Of a DNA stretch of 38,342 nt, positions 27,214 through 37,032 are shown piece by piece. Position 1 is the first letter of the stretch; each line of letters opens with the position of its first letter. The stretch is from positions 1 through 38,342 of IMG/VR virus record IMGVR_UViG_3300029183_000012; one strand, 5' to 3'. The translations under genes and the position numbers were made by a program. The notes beneath the pieces were generated by a model. That model saw nothing but the letters and a program-made list of their open reading frames with translations. It did not search any database and had not been told where the DNA came from. Source of the stretch: a virus. Its lineage: Duplodnaviria; Caudoviricetes.

Positions 27214-30101
27214 TGGATTCCAGACTTCCAAGTCTTATGGAAGAAACACGAGCGTCGCCGTCTTCAGGTGAGGCCGGTTCACGTCTACCGTCTTTAGGCG
27301 GAACAGGAGAGCAATACACGCCTACTATTGCCGAACCTGAACCGATAGCGCCGACCGAAGACGATTACGGTTGGGGCATCACAACCGCGTTCAAGCGCGG
27401 TTTCGAACGACTGCGTTCACTGCCCGATGTAGCACAAGGCGACTACGAAGAATTAGCCGGTCATTTCCAACGTCTTGACGAATTGCAGATGTCGCCGCAT
27501 GACCGCGAGCGAATGGAGACGCTGCAGAACACGGACGGCATGTGGAGTCAGTTCGGCTATCTCATAAAAAATCCCGCACTCGTCAGTCAAGTCGTGGCCG
27601 AATCACTACCGATGTCCGTCGCACCACTCGCTACAGGTACGGTCGGCGGATTAGCTGGCTCGATGGTCGCGCCCGGTCCCGGTACAGTTGCCGGCACAAT
27701 GGGCGGTGCTGCAGCCGGCTCCTACGCAACGGAATACCTGAATTCAGTTGGTGAGTATTTCGGCCGTCAGCAGATAAACACATCGGACCCTAACGAGTTG
27801 AGACGGGCATTCAGTGATGACGAGCTGATGACCGATGCCCGACAGTTTGCCCACGATCGCGGCGTACCGATTGCCGTCTTCGACGCTCTGTCGTTTGGAT
27901 TGGCCGGAAGACTTTACAAGCCTGCCAGTTCGCTCGCCAAGGCGGCTACTGGCCGTACGTTAGGCGCGGGAGCCGTTACCGAGATCGGCGCTCAGGCAGG
28001 CGCGGGCATGCTCGGCGAGGCCGGAGCACAGCTTCGCTCCGTGGGCGAGATTGAGGACACGGCCGGCGTCCTGCTTGAAGGCGTCGGTGAGATCGTCCCT
28101 GGCGCTATTGAGAGCGCAGCTAATGCGGCACTGCGAACCCGTTCCGTCGAGACCGAAGGGGATGCACTTTCGCAACAACTGGATCAGGACGTCACGGCTG
28201 AAGAAGAAGCGGCCATTTTGGCTGAGCTTGAGGTTGAGCCGATCACGGCCGAACCCAAAGATGCGCTTGCACGGCAAGCTGAAGGCGCTCAGACAGCTCA
28301 GACGGCCGATCCGGTCCCAACCGCCATAGAGTTTGAAGCTGGGGCAAAAGTCGCTGAGCGGCAATCTGAAGCGTGGCTAGAGGCGGAATCGACCCGAGAG
28401 GCCGTCATTCAACGCCATTTGCGCGAGATGGAGGCTCAAGCTGAGATCAGTCGCGGTGAGGCCGCTGCAGAGGTAGCTCCGTATATGGCGCCTGAGACGG
28501 CCTCAGATGCGTCAGGAGCGCCGCTCGTGTCAGCAGAGCCGATGCCCGGAACATCCCTTGGCGACGCGCTGCGCGATGCTGGCGTAGCCACGCCGGGCGT
28601 ATCGACGGAATCCGAGGCCGACACCGCGACGACTCCACTTGAAGACACCGAAACGGTTACACTTGAAACGGATATAGAAGCCGCCGCGGCTGAAGCTCAG
28701 ACCTCGCCTACGAACGAATTGCCGGAGCCAACTGAAGCTCAAAAGGCGGCAGGCAACTATCGAAAAGGGCACGCCCGAATCGCGGGTCTCGACGTCTCGA
28801 TTGAAAACCCGCAAGGGTCAACACGTCGCGATGTGACGTTGAAAGATCACTACGGCTACATCAAACGGACTGAAGGAGCGGACGGCGATCACGTTGATGT
28901 TTTTGTATCGCCTGAAGTTAAACAAACAGATCGCGTTTGGGTCATCGATCAAGTCCAAGAAGACGGCGTCACATTTGACGAGCACAAGGTCATGCTGGGT
29001 TACGCGAATCAACTCGACGCGGTGCGCGGTTATAAACGGAATTACGGCAAAGACTGGAAAGTGGGGCCGGTCACTGAAATGTCGCTGCCGGAATTCAAAA
29101 CGTGGCTAGTCCAAGACACGACAAAACCGATCAATGATCCGAAACCTTCTCGATTAGGACGGAAGTTCATACGAACGCAAAAAGGTCATCTTCGATACAG
29201 CCTGCCTAGAGCTAAAAAGGCCATGTCTTCGGATTTGAAAGAGGTAGCTCCGGGCGTTGACACCAGTATTGTTGAGCAAATGTTGACAACACCTACTGGA
29301 GATAGAGTTGATACAGCACCGGCAAATGCACTTGTTGAACAAGTGCTTCGATTGCAAAATCTAGAAAAAACGTCGTCGGTGCAGATGACCGCCGCAGTCG
29401 GTAAACAACATTTGAAATCGTTTCAAGCTTCAATTCCTAATGCAAAAATTGAAGTACATGAATCGTTCAAAACATTTGAAAATAAAAACGTAAAACAGCA
29501 AATGTTGAAAGACAAACGTTCAAATGTTCGAGGCGTATTCGACGTCGATACCGGTACGGTTCATATTTTTGCAGATCAACACGCAAGCGCAAAAGAAATT
29601 ACACAGACAGCGTTACACGAAACAGTTGCACATGGTGGACTTCGAGCACTATTTGGCGACGGTTTAAATACGTTTCTTGATGGAATGCACAATAACTTAG
29701 CCGGTAGCACACAAAAACGTGTCAATAAAATAGCCAGTCGATACGGATTGGATTTGAAGGATCGTCAGGATCAACGCACAGCCATTGAAGAAGCAATTGC
29801 TGAACTTGCGGAATCTGATCCTAAAAGCAATGTAGTTCAACGCGCAATAGCTAGCGTACGGAAGTTGTTAAGAAAACTGGGTGTTGTCGAGGAATGGACG
29901 GACAACGACATCATTGCCTTGTTAGCTGACGCACGTAGTGCAATTGCCGAAGGCAAACCAGTTAGCAAAGTCAAACTAAAAGAGCAAGTCGAAGTTCAAG
30001 AAACTGGAGAAATATTCGACATAGAAACTGATGCTGAAATTGTACTTAGACAACATGACAAACGCGTGAATGTGATCGCAAAGCTTAAGGATTGTCTGTG
30101 A
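27213..30101 (+). CDS. Large internal virion/polyvalent protein with InPase-like and metallopeptidase-like domains
   Basis: Gly/Ala-rich membrane-like helices. PTEAQKAAGNYRKGH..SIENPQGS..HYGYIKRTEGADGDHVDVF..FDEHKVMLG (inorganic pyrophosphatase-like). RGVFD..ALHETVAHGGLR..EEAIAELAE (zincin-like). Confidence 0.8.
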   Translation: MDSRLPSLMEETRASPSSGEAGSRLPSLGGTGEQYTPTIAEPEPIAPTEDDYGWGITTAFKRGFERLRSLPDVAQGDYEELAGHFQRLDELQMSPHDRERMETLQNTDGMWSQFGYLIKNPALVSQVVAESLPMSVAPLATGTVGGLAGSMVAPGPGTVAGTMGGAAAGSYATEYLNSVGEYFGRQQINTSDPNELRRAFSDDELMTDARQFAHDRGVPIAVFDALSFGLAGRLYKPASSLAKAATGRTLGAGAVTEIGAQAGAGMLGEAGAQLRSVGEIEDTAGVLLEGVGEIVPGAIESAANAALRTRSVETEGDALSQQLDQDVTAEEEAAILAELEVEPITAEPKDALARQAEGAQTAQTADPVPTAIEFEAGAKVAERQSEAWLEAESTREAVIQRHLREMEAQAEISRGEAAAEVAPYMAPETASDASGAPLVSAEPMPGTSLGDALRDAGVATPGVSTESEADTATTPLEDTETVTLETDIEAAAAEAQTSPTNELPEPTEAQKAAGNYRKGHARIAGLDVSIENPQGSTRRDVTLKDHYGYIKRTEGADGDHVDVFVSPEVKQTDRVWVIDQVQEDGVTFDEHKVMLGYANQLDAVRGYKRNYGKDWKVGPVTEMSLPEFKTWLVQDTTKPINDPKPSRLGRKFIRTQKGHLRYSLPRAKKAMSSDLKEVAPGVDTSIVEQMLTTPTGDRVDTAPANALVEQVLRLQNLEKTSSVQMTAAVGKQHLKSFQASIPNAKIEVHESFKTFENKNVKQQMLKDKRSNVRGVFDVDTGTVHIFADQHASAKEITQTALHETVAHGGLRALFGDGLNTFLDGMHNNLAGSTQKRVNKIASRYGLDLKDRQDQRTAIEEAIAELAESDPKSNVVQRAIASVRKLLRKLGVVEEWTDNDIIALLADARSAIAEGKPVSKVKLKEQVEVQETGEIFDIETDAEIVLRQHDKRVNVIAKLKDCL

Positions 30102-30535
30102 AGAAAAGAACAGTCAGTGAAGAAGAATTAGGTCGTATGAAAAAACGCGGCGGTACGCGCGTTAGACGAAAGCAAGGTTCTAAAAAAGCTTCGCCGGAGC
30201 CGGAGAGGAAAGACGTTGAAGCTTTGTCGGGAGTGGTAGCGTCTGAATCTTCGGCTCCGGCAACTAAAAGTGCAGAAGATACTATTGCAACGGCTATAGC
30301 AGAAACATTAAAAGTACAACGTGCTGCAATGGCAGCAACTAACGTCGTTCGCGATGTGCATTTAGAAAAATTAATCGAAAACAATACCAAGGTAATAACA
30401 GCTTTTAAAAAAGAATTGCAAAACACGGAGACTTCAAAAGTTCAGACTCCGTGGCGACATAAAATCCGACGTAAACGAGATGGATTCATTGATTACATCG
30501 ATTCTTTTCCAATAGAAAGTAAGGAGATAGGCTAA
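30092..30535 (+). CDS. Hypothetical protein leading the second fibre cassette
   Basis: Basic N-terminus, helical middle, C-terminal WRHKIRRKRDGFIDYI hairpin-like motif. The start may be GTG 30098. Confidence 0.65.
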   Translation: MSVKKRTVSEEELGRMKKRGGTRVRRKQGSKKASPEPERKDVEALSGVVASESSAPATKSAEDTIATAIAETLKVQRAAMAATNVVRDVHLEKLIENNTKVITAFKKELQNTETSKVQTPWRHKIRRKRDGFIDYIDSFPIESKEIG

Positions 30536-32232
30536 TGCCTTTCGTAGCAGCAGATTGGAGTATCACCCGTGCGAACGGCAACGTTCGATACATTGGTGAT
30601 GCTCACGGCGGCGCGAGTCCGTCATATGCAACCGTTATTGAACTTCACAGAGCGTTGGCAGATTTTGCAGATGACGCTAGCGATTCAGGAGATGATGAGT
30701 TGAGCATCATTGATCAGACTCCGTCTGATCGTGGTGGCGCTGACACCAACATTACGTTGCTCAACGGATTCAATATCGACCAAACTGCTTCAGAACATCT
30801 TTACGACGGTTCTATTACTCAAGCAGGTGGCGACGAAATTTACGACGGTATTCAATGTTTCGGCAATGCCGCGTCTATTCAAATTATTCAAAATGGTGCT
30901 CGATTAACTAACGATTTTTGGAATGAAGCCAATATGACGGCGGCGGTTGCCGATCCGGTATCTTCAACCACTCATCGTTTTCTTGTACTCGTTCGTACAG
31001 GTGGAGCTGATATTGATGGACGACGTCTGTTAGGAACTCAACGTGTTCTGGGGACTGTTTTTACTGAATTCTTTATTGGTGGCGGTACTAACCGGGGCAA
31101 TAATACGCTTGCATTGACGGCCAACCCAGACGGTAATAACCAGACCGCAGCCGGAACAATTGCTTTGTGGACAGATATCGTTAATGACAACGAAGGCTAT
31201 GTCGGCATAGACGCGGACGGTGATTCAACTGACGAATTTTACTATTCGAATTGGGAACTTGGGTCTCGATCTAAAAACGAATTTTACGAACGCGCTAAAT
31301 GGATTCAACGAGAAGGCACAGCGGAAACACTTTACGGGCTTGCCGGTGATATTTTTCGCGGCATTACACATCAATTTAACTACGATGGTGAGTCAGGCGG
31401 CCCGTTTACTGAACCCGAACAAATTTCATGGACTGGCGGTATTGGTCAGCTTTTAGCGATTGATGATCAAGGTGTTACTGGTACTATCTGGATGCAGTTG
31501 CTTACGGGACAAGTACCGAGTGATAACGATACGATCACTGGAGCGACATCATCTGCAACGTGTCTAGTTAACGGGTCGATCACGGCTAGAACGCTATCTC
31601 CTACGTTCGTAGGTACGTCGACCGGTTCGGCCATAAACCCTGGTGCGTTCGGTCTCGGTATTGGTGCTGATGATCTGACAGTTAACGATTCGCTGGTCGA
31701 TTTGACCAATACAAGTCGAAACCCGCCTAACAACGTCAGCTTCAGTGTATCTAACTTAGTGTCAGGTGATCGTGTGTTGGTTGGGCCGGAAGACGGTGCC
31801 GGTGGGTTGGACCTCGATCAATTTGGACTGCAGACGACACTTAACGGTGCCACGGTAACGTCTGTACAAATTGACGCGACAATCCCTTCGGACACGCCAT
31901 CCTCCGGCACGATAAGAATACAAAACGATGAAGGTCGTTACGTTCGCATTCCATACACGAGTTATTCCGGAGACACGTTTACTATCCCGAGTTATGATTT
32001 TTCAGGTTCGGGAGATAACGATTCATGTACTGCAGGAAATGACGTATTTATAAGCTACATAGACACAACTACTGTAACTACCAGTGAATCTTTTACTTCG
32101 GTTTACAACGCTGATAGGGATTTGTTTATCAGGGTTCGAAACTCAACCATACCCATTAAGACGTTCGAGTCGACTGGCGTACTAGGCAGTGCTGGCGGAT
32201 CGTCAACAGCGAGTCGTATTAGTGATTCTTAA
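30535..32232 (+). CDS. Structural fibre/baseplate-like protein
   Basis: AAGGAG RBS. Acidic, Thr/Gly-rich beta protein with an NDTITGATSSAT motif. C-terminus resembles those of the next two genes. Confidence 0.65.
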   Translation: MPFVAADWSITRANGNVRYIGDAHGGASPSYATVIELHRALADFADDASDSGDDELSIIDQTPSDRGGADTNITLLNGFNIDQTASEHLYDGSITQAGGDEIYDGIQCFGNAASIQIIQNGARLTNDFWNEANMTAAVADPVSSTTHRFLVLVRTGGADIDGRRLLGTQRVLGTVFTEFFIGGGTNRGNNTLALTANPDGNNQTAAGTIALWTDIVNDNEGYVGIDADGDSTDEFYYSNWELGSRSKNEFYERAKWIQREGTAETLYGLAGDIFRGITHQFNYDGESGGPFTEPEQISWTGGIGQLLAIDDQGVTGTIWMQLLTGQVPSDNDTITGATSSATCLVNGSITARTLSPTFVGTSTGSAINPGAFGLGIGADDLTVNDSLVDLTNTSRNPPNNVSFSVSNLVSGDRVLVGPEDGAGGLDLDQFGLQTTLNGATVTSVQIDATIPSDTPSSGTIRIQNDEGRYVRIPYTSYSGDTFTIPSYDFSGSGDNDSCTAGNDVFISYIDTTTVTTSESFTSVYNADRDLFIRVRNSTIPIKTFESTGVLGSAGGSSTASRISDS

Positions 32233-33533
32233 TGGCGTACAGAGACGACATAGCAGCGCTTGGAGCGGATCATCATTATCCTTTTGAAGATGATTCACTT
32301 GATGAAATAGGTTCGGTGAACGGCACAGATACGTCTGTGCTGTACACCGGAGCTGCTATTGCTGAAGATGCAAGTAACTCTATGGTGGTGAATGCACTTA
32401 CCGACAGAGTGACGCTTGCAACAACAACCGAAATAAACAACTCAGCGCAACAGCGCAAAGCCGTCTGTGGTTGGTACCAAACTTCAGCATTCCAAGCGCC
32501 GCCAACTCGTATCTACGGAGAAGGCGATCAAACAACTTGTTTTCAAATCGTGATGGGATTTGGAAACAACCTCATGGCTGAAGTGGTCGAGCCAACTAAC
32601 TTTGCTGATGGTTTGCAAATCTATGGTCCTGCCGCGGTACCGAATAGAGCTTATCATTTGTTGGCTGTTTTTCTAGGGAACACTCAGGGTAATGAGTTTA
32701 AGTTTTTCGTTGACGGCGTAGAAATGACCAATGCCGATCCTGTTGATAGACAACCTGATACCGCAGACTTGAACTCTCGCGGACAAGCGATTTTTGCCGA
32801 CCCATCAGGCACGGTAGGCATAGGCGGCGGCGTTGTCATTCAGCAAGCGGCAAGAAACGGTTTGTATAATCATTGGGCAACATGGGGTGATGAAGCTGAT
32901 GCTGATCTTACTGATACGGAAATAAGGGAAACACTGTTTGAGCGTGGTGCTTTAGCTGAAGATTCAGTGACGACCGGAACTGAAAGCGCTATGCAAACAG
33001 CACTCGACGCATTGATTGATGCTAGAGGAAATTCTGCACTTAGCATTGAGATTGACGCGGTGACAGGTGGTGGCGACTTTACGTTAACTACTGAAAAAAC
33101 ATTTGACGAACTTTGTAGTATGCATTTTCGTTACAACGGAACAGCTGATACGTTGACTCTTGTCAACATTAGCGGAGGTGACGCTACATCTGAAAAATCA
33201 GGGGCGCCGTTTGGCGGAAACATAGTTATCGCAAATCGTCAGACGTTAACAGTTACCGTAATTGATGCTGTCAGTGGAACTGCTATTGAAAACGCTAGAG
33301 TTTATATCGAAGCCGATACTGGCGGAGACCTTACCGTAGGCACAGTTATAATGAATGAAGTGACAAACAGTTCAGGAGTGGCAACTACTTCGTTCGATTA
33401 TACAAATGATCAACCCATCATAGCTAGAGTCCGTAAAGGCACTTCATCGCCGTACTACAAAACAGCACCTATTGGCGGACCTTTAACTTCTAGTGCATTA
33501 AACGTAACTGTTCTTATGGTGCCGGACGAATAA
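32232..33533 (+). CDS. LamG-like lectin with C-terminal Ig/prealbumin-like domain
   Basis: ADHHYPF..YHLLAVF..KFFVDG LamG pattern. Aligns along its length with the C-terminal ~440 aa of 33533-36484. Confidence 0.7.
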   Translation: MAYRDDIAALGADHHYPFEDDSLDEIGSVNGTDTSVLYTGAAIAEDASNSMVVNALTDRVTLATTTEINNSAQQRKAVCGWYQTSAFQAPPTRIYGEGDQTTCFQIVMGFGNNLMAEVVEPTNFADGLQIYGPAAVPNRAYHLLAVFLGNTQGNEFKFFVDGVEMTNADPVDRQPDTADLNSRGQAIFADPSGTVGIGGGVVIQQAARNGLYNHWATWGDEADADLTDTEIRETLFERGALAEDSVTTGTESAMQTALDALIDARGNSALSIEIDAVTGGGDFTLTTEKTFDELCSMHFRYNGTADTLTLVNISGGDATSEKSGAPFGGNIVIANRQTLTVTVIDAVSGTAIENARVYIEADTGGDLTVGTVIMNEVTNSSGVATTSFDYTNDQPIIARVRKGTSSPYYKTAPIGGPLTSSALNVTVLMVPDE

Positions 33534-36484
33534 TGGCTGCCGGAGACCTATACATTCGAAGAAACAATACACTTACAGCGTCAGTGCCTAACGCGGGTAC
33601 CAATCTTGATGCAGATTGGGACGTCGTAGTTCATAACGTTGGCAACATAGTTACGTATTCGAACCCAAATTTTCAATTAGATATAGGTCGCTATTTAGTT
33701 TTCCATTCTGAAAAATTTGCAACAACCAATACGACAAATAACGAACGTATAGAAATTCAAGCCGAGCTTCATGAATCTGGTGTAGGTGTCGTCGGCGGGT
33801 TTGCTCAAGATTACATTCGAAAAGTTTCAGGACAACAGGAATGTATAGTTTCCGGTTCGTTCATGCTAAACGTTACGTCCGACAACACTGATTATTTCGT
33901 TCGATACTACAGAACAGACAATTCTACAACGGGTACTGTTGATCGCGTTCCAGGAACCGGAAGCGTCATGATTCTGGAGCTTGACGACACTGACAACTAT
34001 GCGAGGTATTCAAACTCCGGCACGCAAACAATAACAACTACTGAAGCGGATATGACGCTCAATACGAACGACGAACAAGACACCGGATTTAATCGTTCAG
34101 GAAATGCGATAACTGTAACAAATGCAGGTCGATATTTTGTCCATTATGAAATGGATTTAAGTATGACGGGGACTGCAAGAACGGAAGTGATAGCGTTTTT
34201 AGAAGCAAACGGAACGCCCATACCAGGGACGCAATCCGCTTGCTATATGCGCGGCGCGGATGGTTGTCAAGACGGCGCTTTGTCTTGGAGCGGCATTGTC
34301 GACCTTTCGGCTTCCGACAGCATTGTTGTTCGTCACGATCTAGTTGGCGGTTCGACACCTACTATTCAAGCCGGGACCGCTATTCTGCAGTTTTGGGAAA
34401 TTCCTAGTGCTGGCGATACGGCGATTATGGAAGCGGCGAACGGAAACTGGAATGCCAATGGAGATTTTACGTTTGATACACTTCCTCAAATCGATGTCAC
34501 AAGTTTTACGGCAACGGCTGGTAACGCAAATATCGATGTAGATCAGCAAGACTACATTCTCGCATTCGCAACAGCCAGTCAATTAGCTCCGGATACGCCG
34601 CAACGCGCATATCCAGAACTTCGCATAGCTGTTGAAGGATCGGAATCTAATACTGGTGCAGGTGGTTATTACCACAGAAACAGTGGTGGTATAGGAGCTG
34701 CCGCCGCTTCCGTATTCGACATCCGCATTGTCGCAGCGAATGATTCTCTAACTACAAACATAACTCCGGTAGCAACTACTGGAACACTAAACAACGATGC
34801 AGCGCAATTTGCCTTACTGTCGTTAGAATCATTATTCGGACCGTACACATTTCCTCCGTTAATAACAGATTTCAATACGACCGAACAATTTATTTGGGGC
34901 GCAGAAAATCTTGTTATTACCGGTTCAAATTTTGGCGCTACACAAGGTTCTGGAATAGTAGAACTTTGGGATGATGAAATAGGCACGACACAAGTTGCAC
35001 AAACTGTCGATTCTTGGGCTGACGGAAGTATCACCATAGATATGGTTCAGGGAGCACTGCCAAACAACACGACAATTTATTTAGTTGTTACTGAAGACGG
35101 CGGAACTGAAAGTACGCCATTTCCAGTAAATGTCGGATTAATCCCTTATCACGAACTCATAGCCAACACATTGCGAGCAGATCACTATTGGCGTCTTAAC
35201 AATGTTTACGACGATACAGGAGATACCGGGCCGGTTCGAAATATGACATCAGGAGTCGTAGGTACTTGGACATTTAATGCTCAAGAAATTTCTGACAGTA
35301 ATACGCACAGTCTTAACTATAACAATGTTACGAATCGTCGCGAGATTGCTGATTCAGTAAACATGAACGTAACCGATACTCACGTAGAAAGAACCATATC
35401 TTTTTGGTTTCAACCTAACGAAATTCAGCACGAACTTGCTTCGATATGGAAAGAAGGTGGAGGCGTTCAAAATTTAGCATTTCTTATTGGCTATGGGAAC
35501 GTCGTTCTTTGGCAACTTGCCGATGTAGCCGGAACTAGAGACAACGTTCAAGCGTGGTCTGATTTCAGACTTACCCCTGGACGGCCATACAATATTGTTG
35601 GCCGATATTCGAATTCAGACAACCCCTCGGAATCCCGACTTTATATTGACGGCGTATTGCAAACAGATACAGACGGCAATCCGATGACTATAAACATTTT
35701 TGATACACATTCAGGAGACGTCACGTGGAACGACCCGGACAATAATCTCGAAACCGGCGGTACGGACATTTCATATAACGGACTTGCTGATGCGCAAATA
35801 AGCGACTTTGCAACATGGTCTGATAATTCGGCAGGTACTAATGCAGGCGGTTTAGACCCAACTACGGAGATTAGGGATATCCTTTTTAGACGTGGCGCTA
35901 TTCCTGACGACACGATCGTTGCAAACACAGAAGTTAACATGCAGACAGCACTCGATGCCACTGTCGATGTAAGACCAGATTGGCCTCTAAGCTATCGCAT
36001 TGAAGCTCCAAGTTCAGGTGGTCCTGATCTTGAACTCACTATGAACGACAAAATATTTGACGCTAGAATAACTGATCATCTTGAATGGCGTGGCGTCGGC
36101 ACATTAACCATAGTAAGACCTTCAAGTTCTAATTTCGATGAAAACCTAGCGTGGTCTGCTACAGGTGGAACAATTTCTGTCGTAGATTTGGTCGATCTTG
36201 AAATCACAGTTAGAGACATCGATGACAACTCGGCTATAGAAAATGCCAGAATTCGCATGACGGCAGATACAGGCGGACCAGAAACAGTTGGCACCGTCCT
36301 TTTAGAAGGTCTTACTAATGCGAGCGGACAGCTTTCAGGTACTTATAGATTCAGCTCTGATCAACCGGTCACTGGCAGGATCAGAAAAGGATCAACATCG
36401 ACGTATTACAAAACTGCAGGCATCGCCGGAACGATAACCGACGCCGGACTTGCTTTAACCATTTTCATGATTAAGGACGAATAA
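33533..36484 (+). CDS. Multidomain receptor-binding-like protein (C1q-like repeats, IPT/TIG, LamG, C-terminal Ig-like)
   Basis: ITVTNAGRYFVHY C1q-like motif. LVITGSNFGATQGSG IPT/TIG motif. RTISFWFQP..RLYIDG LamG. AIENAR..RKG..YYKT C-terminus. Confidence 0.75.
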   Translation: MAAGDLYIRRNNTLTASVPNAGTNLDADWDVVVHNVGNIVTYSNPNFQLDIGRYLVFHSEKFATTNTTNNERIEIQAELHESGVGVVGGFAQDYIRKVSGQQECIVSGSFMLNVTSDNTDYFVRYYRTDNSTTGTVDRVPGTGSVMILELDDTDNYARYSNSGTQTITTTEADMTLNTNDEQDTGFNRSGNAITVTNAGRYFVHYEMDLSMTGTARTEVIAFLEANGTPIPGTQSACYMRGADGCQDGALSWSGIVDLSASDSIVVRHDLVGGSTPTIQAGTAILQFWEIPSAGDTAIMEAANGNWNANGDFTFDTLPQIDVTSFTATAGNANIDVDQQDYILAFATASQLAPDTPQRAYPELRIAVEGSESNTGAGGYYHRNSGGIGAAAASVFDIRIVAANDSLTTNITPVATTGTLNNDAAQFALLSLESLFGPYTFPPLITDFNTTEQFIWGAENLVITGSNFGATQGSGIVELWDDEIGTTQVAQTVDSWADGSITIDMVQGALPNNTTIYLVVTEDGGTESTPFPVNVGLIPYHELIANTLRADHYWRLNNVYDDTGDTGPVRNMTSGVVGTWTFNAQEISDSNTHSLNYNNVTNRREIADSVNMNVTDTHVERTISFWFQPNEIQHELASIWKEGGGVQNLAFLIGYGNVVLWQLADVAGTRDNVQAWSDFRLTPGRPYNIVGRYSNSDNPSESRLYIDGVLQTDTDGNPMTINIFDTHSGDVTWNDPDNNLETGGTDISYNGLADAQISDFATWSDNSAGTNAGGLDPTTEIRDILFRRGAIPDDTIVANTEVNMQTALDATVDVRPDWPLSYRIEAPSSGGPDLELTMNDKIFDARITDHLEWRGVGTLTIVRPSSSNFDENLAWSATGGTISVVDLVDLEITVRDIDDNSAIENARIRMTADTGGPETVGTVLLEGLTNASGQLSGTYRFSSDQPVTGRIRKGSTSTYYKTAGIAGTITDAGLALTIFMIKDE

Positions 36485-37032
36485 TGCTGACAATCGACCC
36501 AGCAACTCGCATTATTTCAGTCCCGCAATCCTACCTTACACTTGTAGCAGGAACGCTGTACACACTGGATACTGATCAATTTCGAATCGACGTTTTGGAT
36601 TTATTGGACGATGAAGAATTTATTTGGCTTCCGAATGCATTTGTTCACAATGGTGAAGTTACTGTTGCCGGAATCACCTACTTCAGAACTATAGAATTCA
36701 TCAACGGATTCATGGTCGAGTTTGAAGACGGGCAGTATTCGGTGCGCTTAGAAGGTAGCAATAACAATATCTTTGACGTACAAAATGGAATCTTGGTTCA
36801 AAACCAAGTACAAGTCATTCCTACGAATTCAGCAGGTGGACAAATCATTTCGGCAGGTTCTGGTCTTTCAGTTGAACAAGCTGCACAGTTAGCAGAAGTG
36901 TGGCGACTTATGGGTCTTGATTTGAACGATCCAGTAGAAATACGTCCAGATGGAATTGATTCGGATAGCGGTGATATTGATATCGACTTTTCAGGTGATG
37001 GTACGACATTGACTCGTATGGAACGACAGTAG
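36484..37032 (+). CDS. Structural hub/adaptor-like hypothetical protein
   Basis: TAATG-coupled. Acidic beta-rich protein with C-terminal LAEVWRLMGLD..GDGTT. Confidence 0.65.
   Translation: MLTIDPATRIISVPQSYLTLVAGTLYTLDTDQFRIDVLDLLDDEEFIWLPNAFVHNGEVTVAGITYFRTIEFINGFMVEFEDGQYSVRLEGSNNNIFDVQNGILVQNQVQVIPTNSAGGQIISAGSGLSVEQAAQLAEVWRLMGLDLNDPVEIRPDGIDSDSGDIDIDFSGDGTTLTRMERQ

Noticed and set aside
32232-36484. Diversity-generating retroelement template/variable repeat pair in the duplicated C-termini
   Set aside because: The similarity is at the protein level with general divergence rather than adenine-specific changes, and no reverse transcriptase is present in the window.
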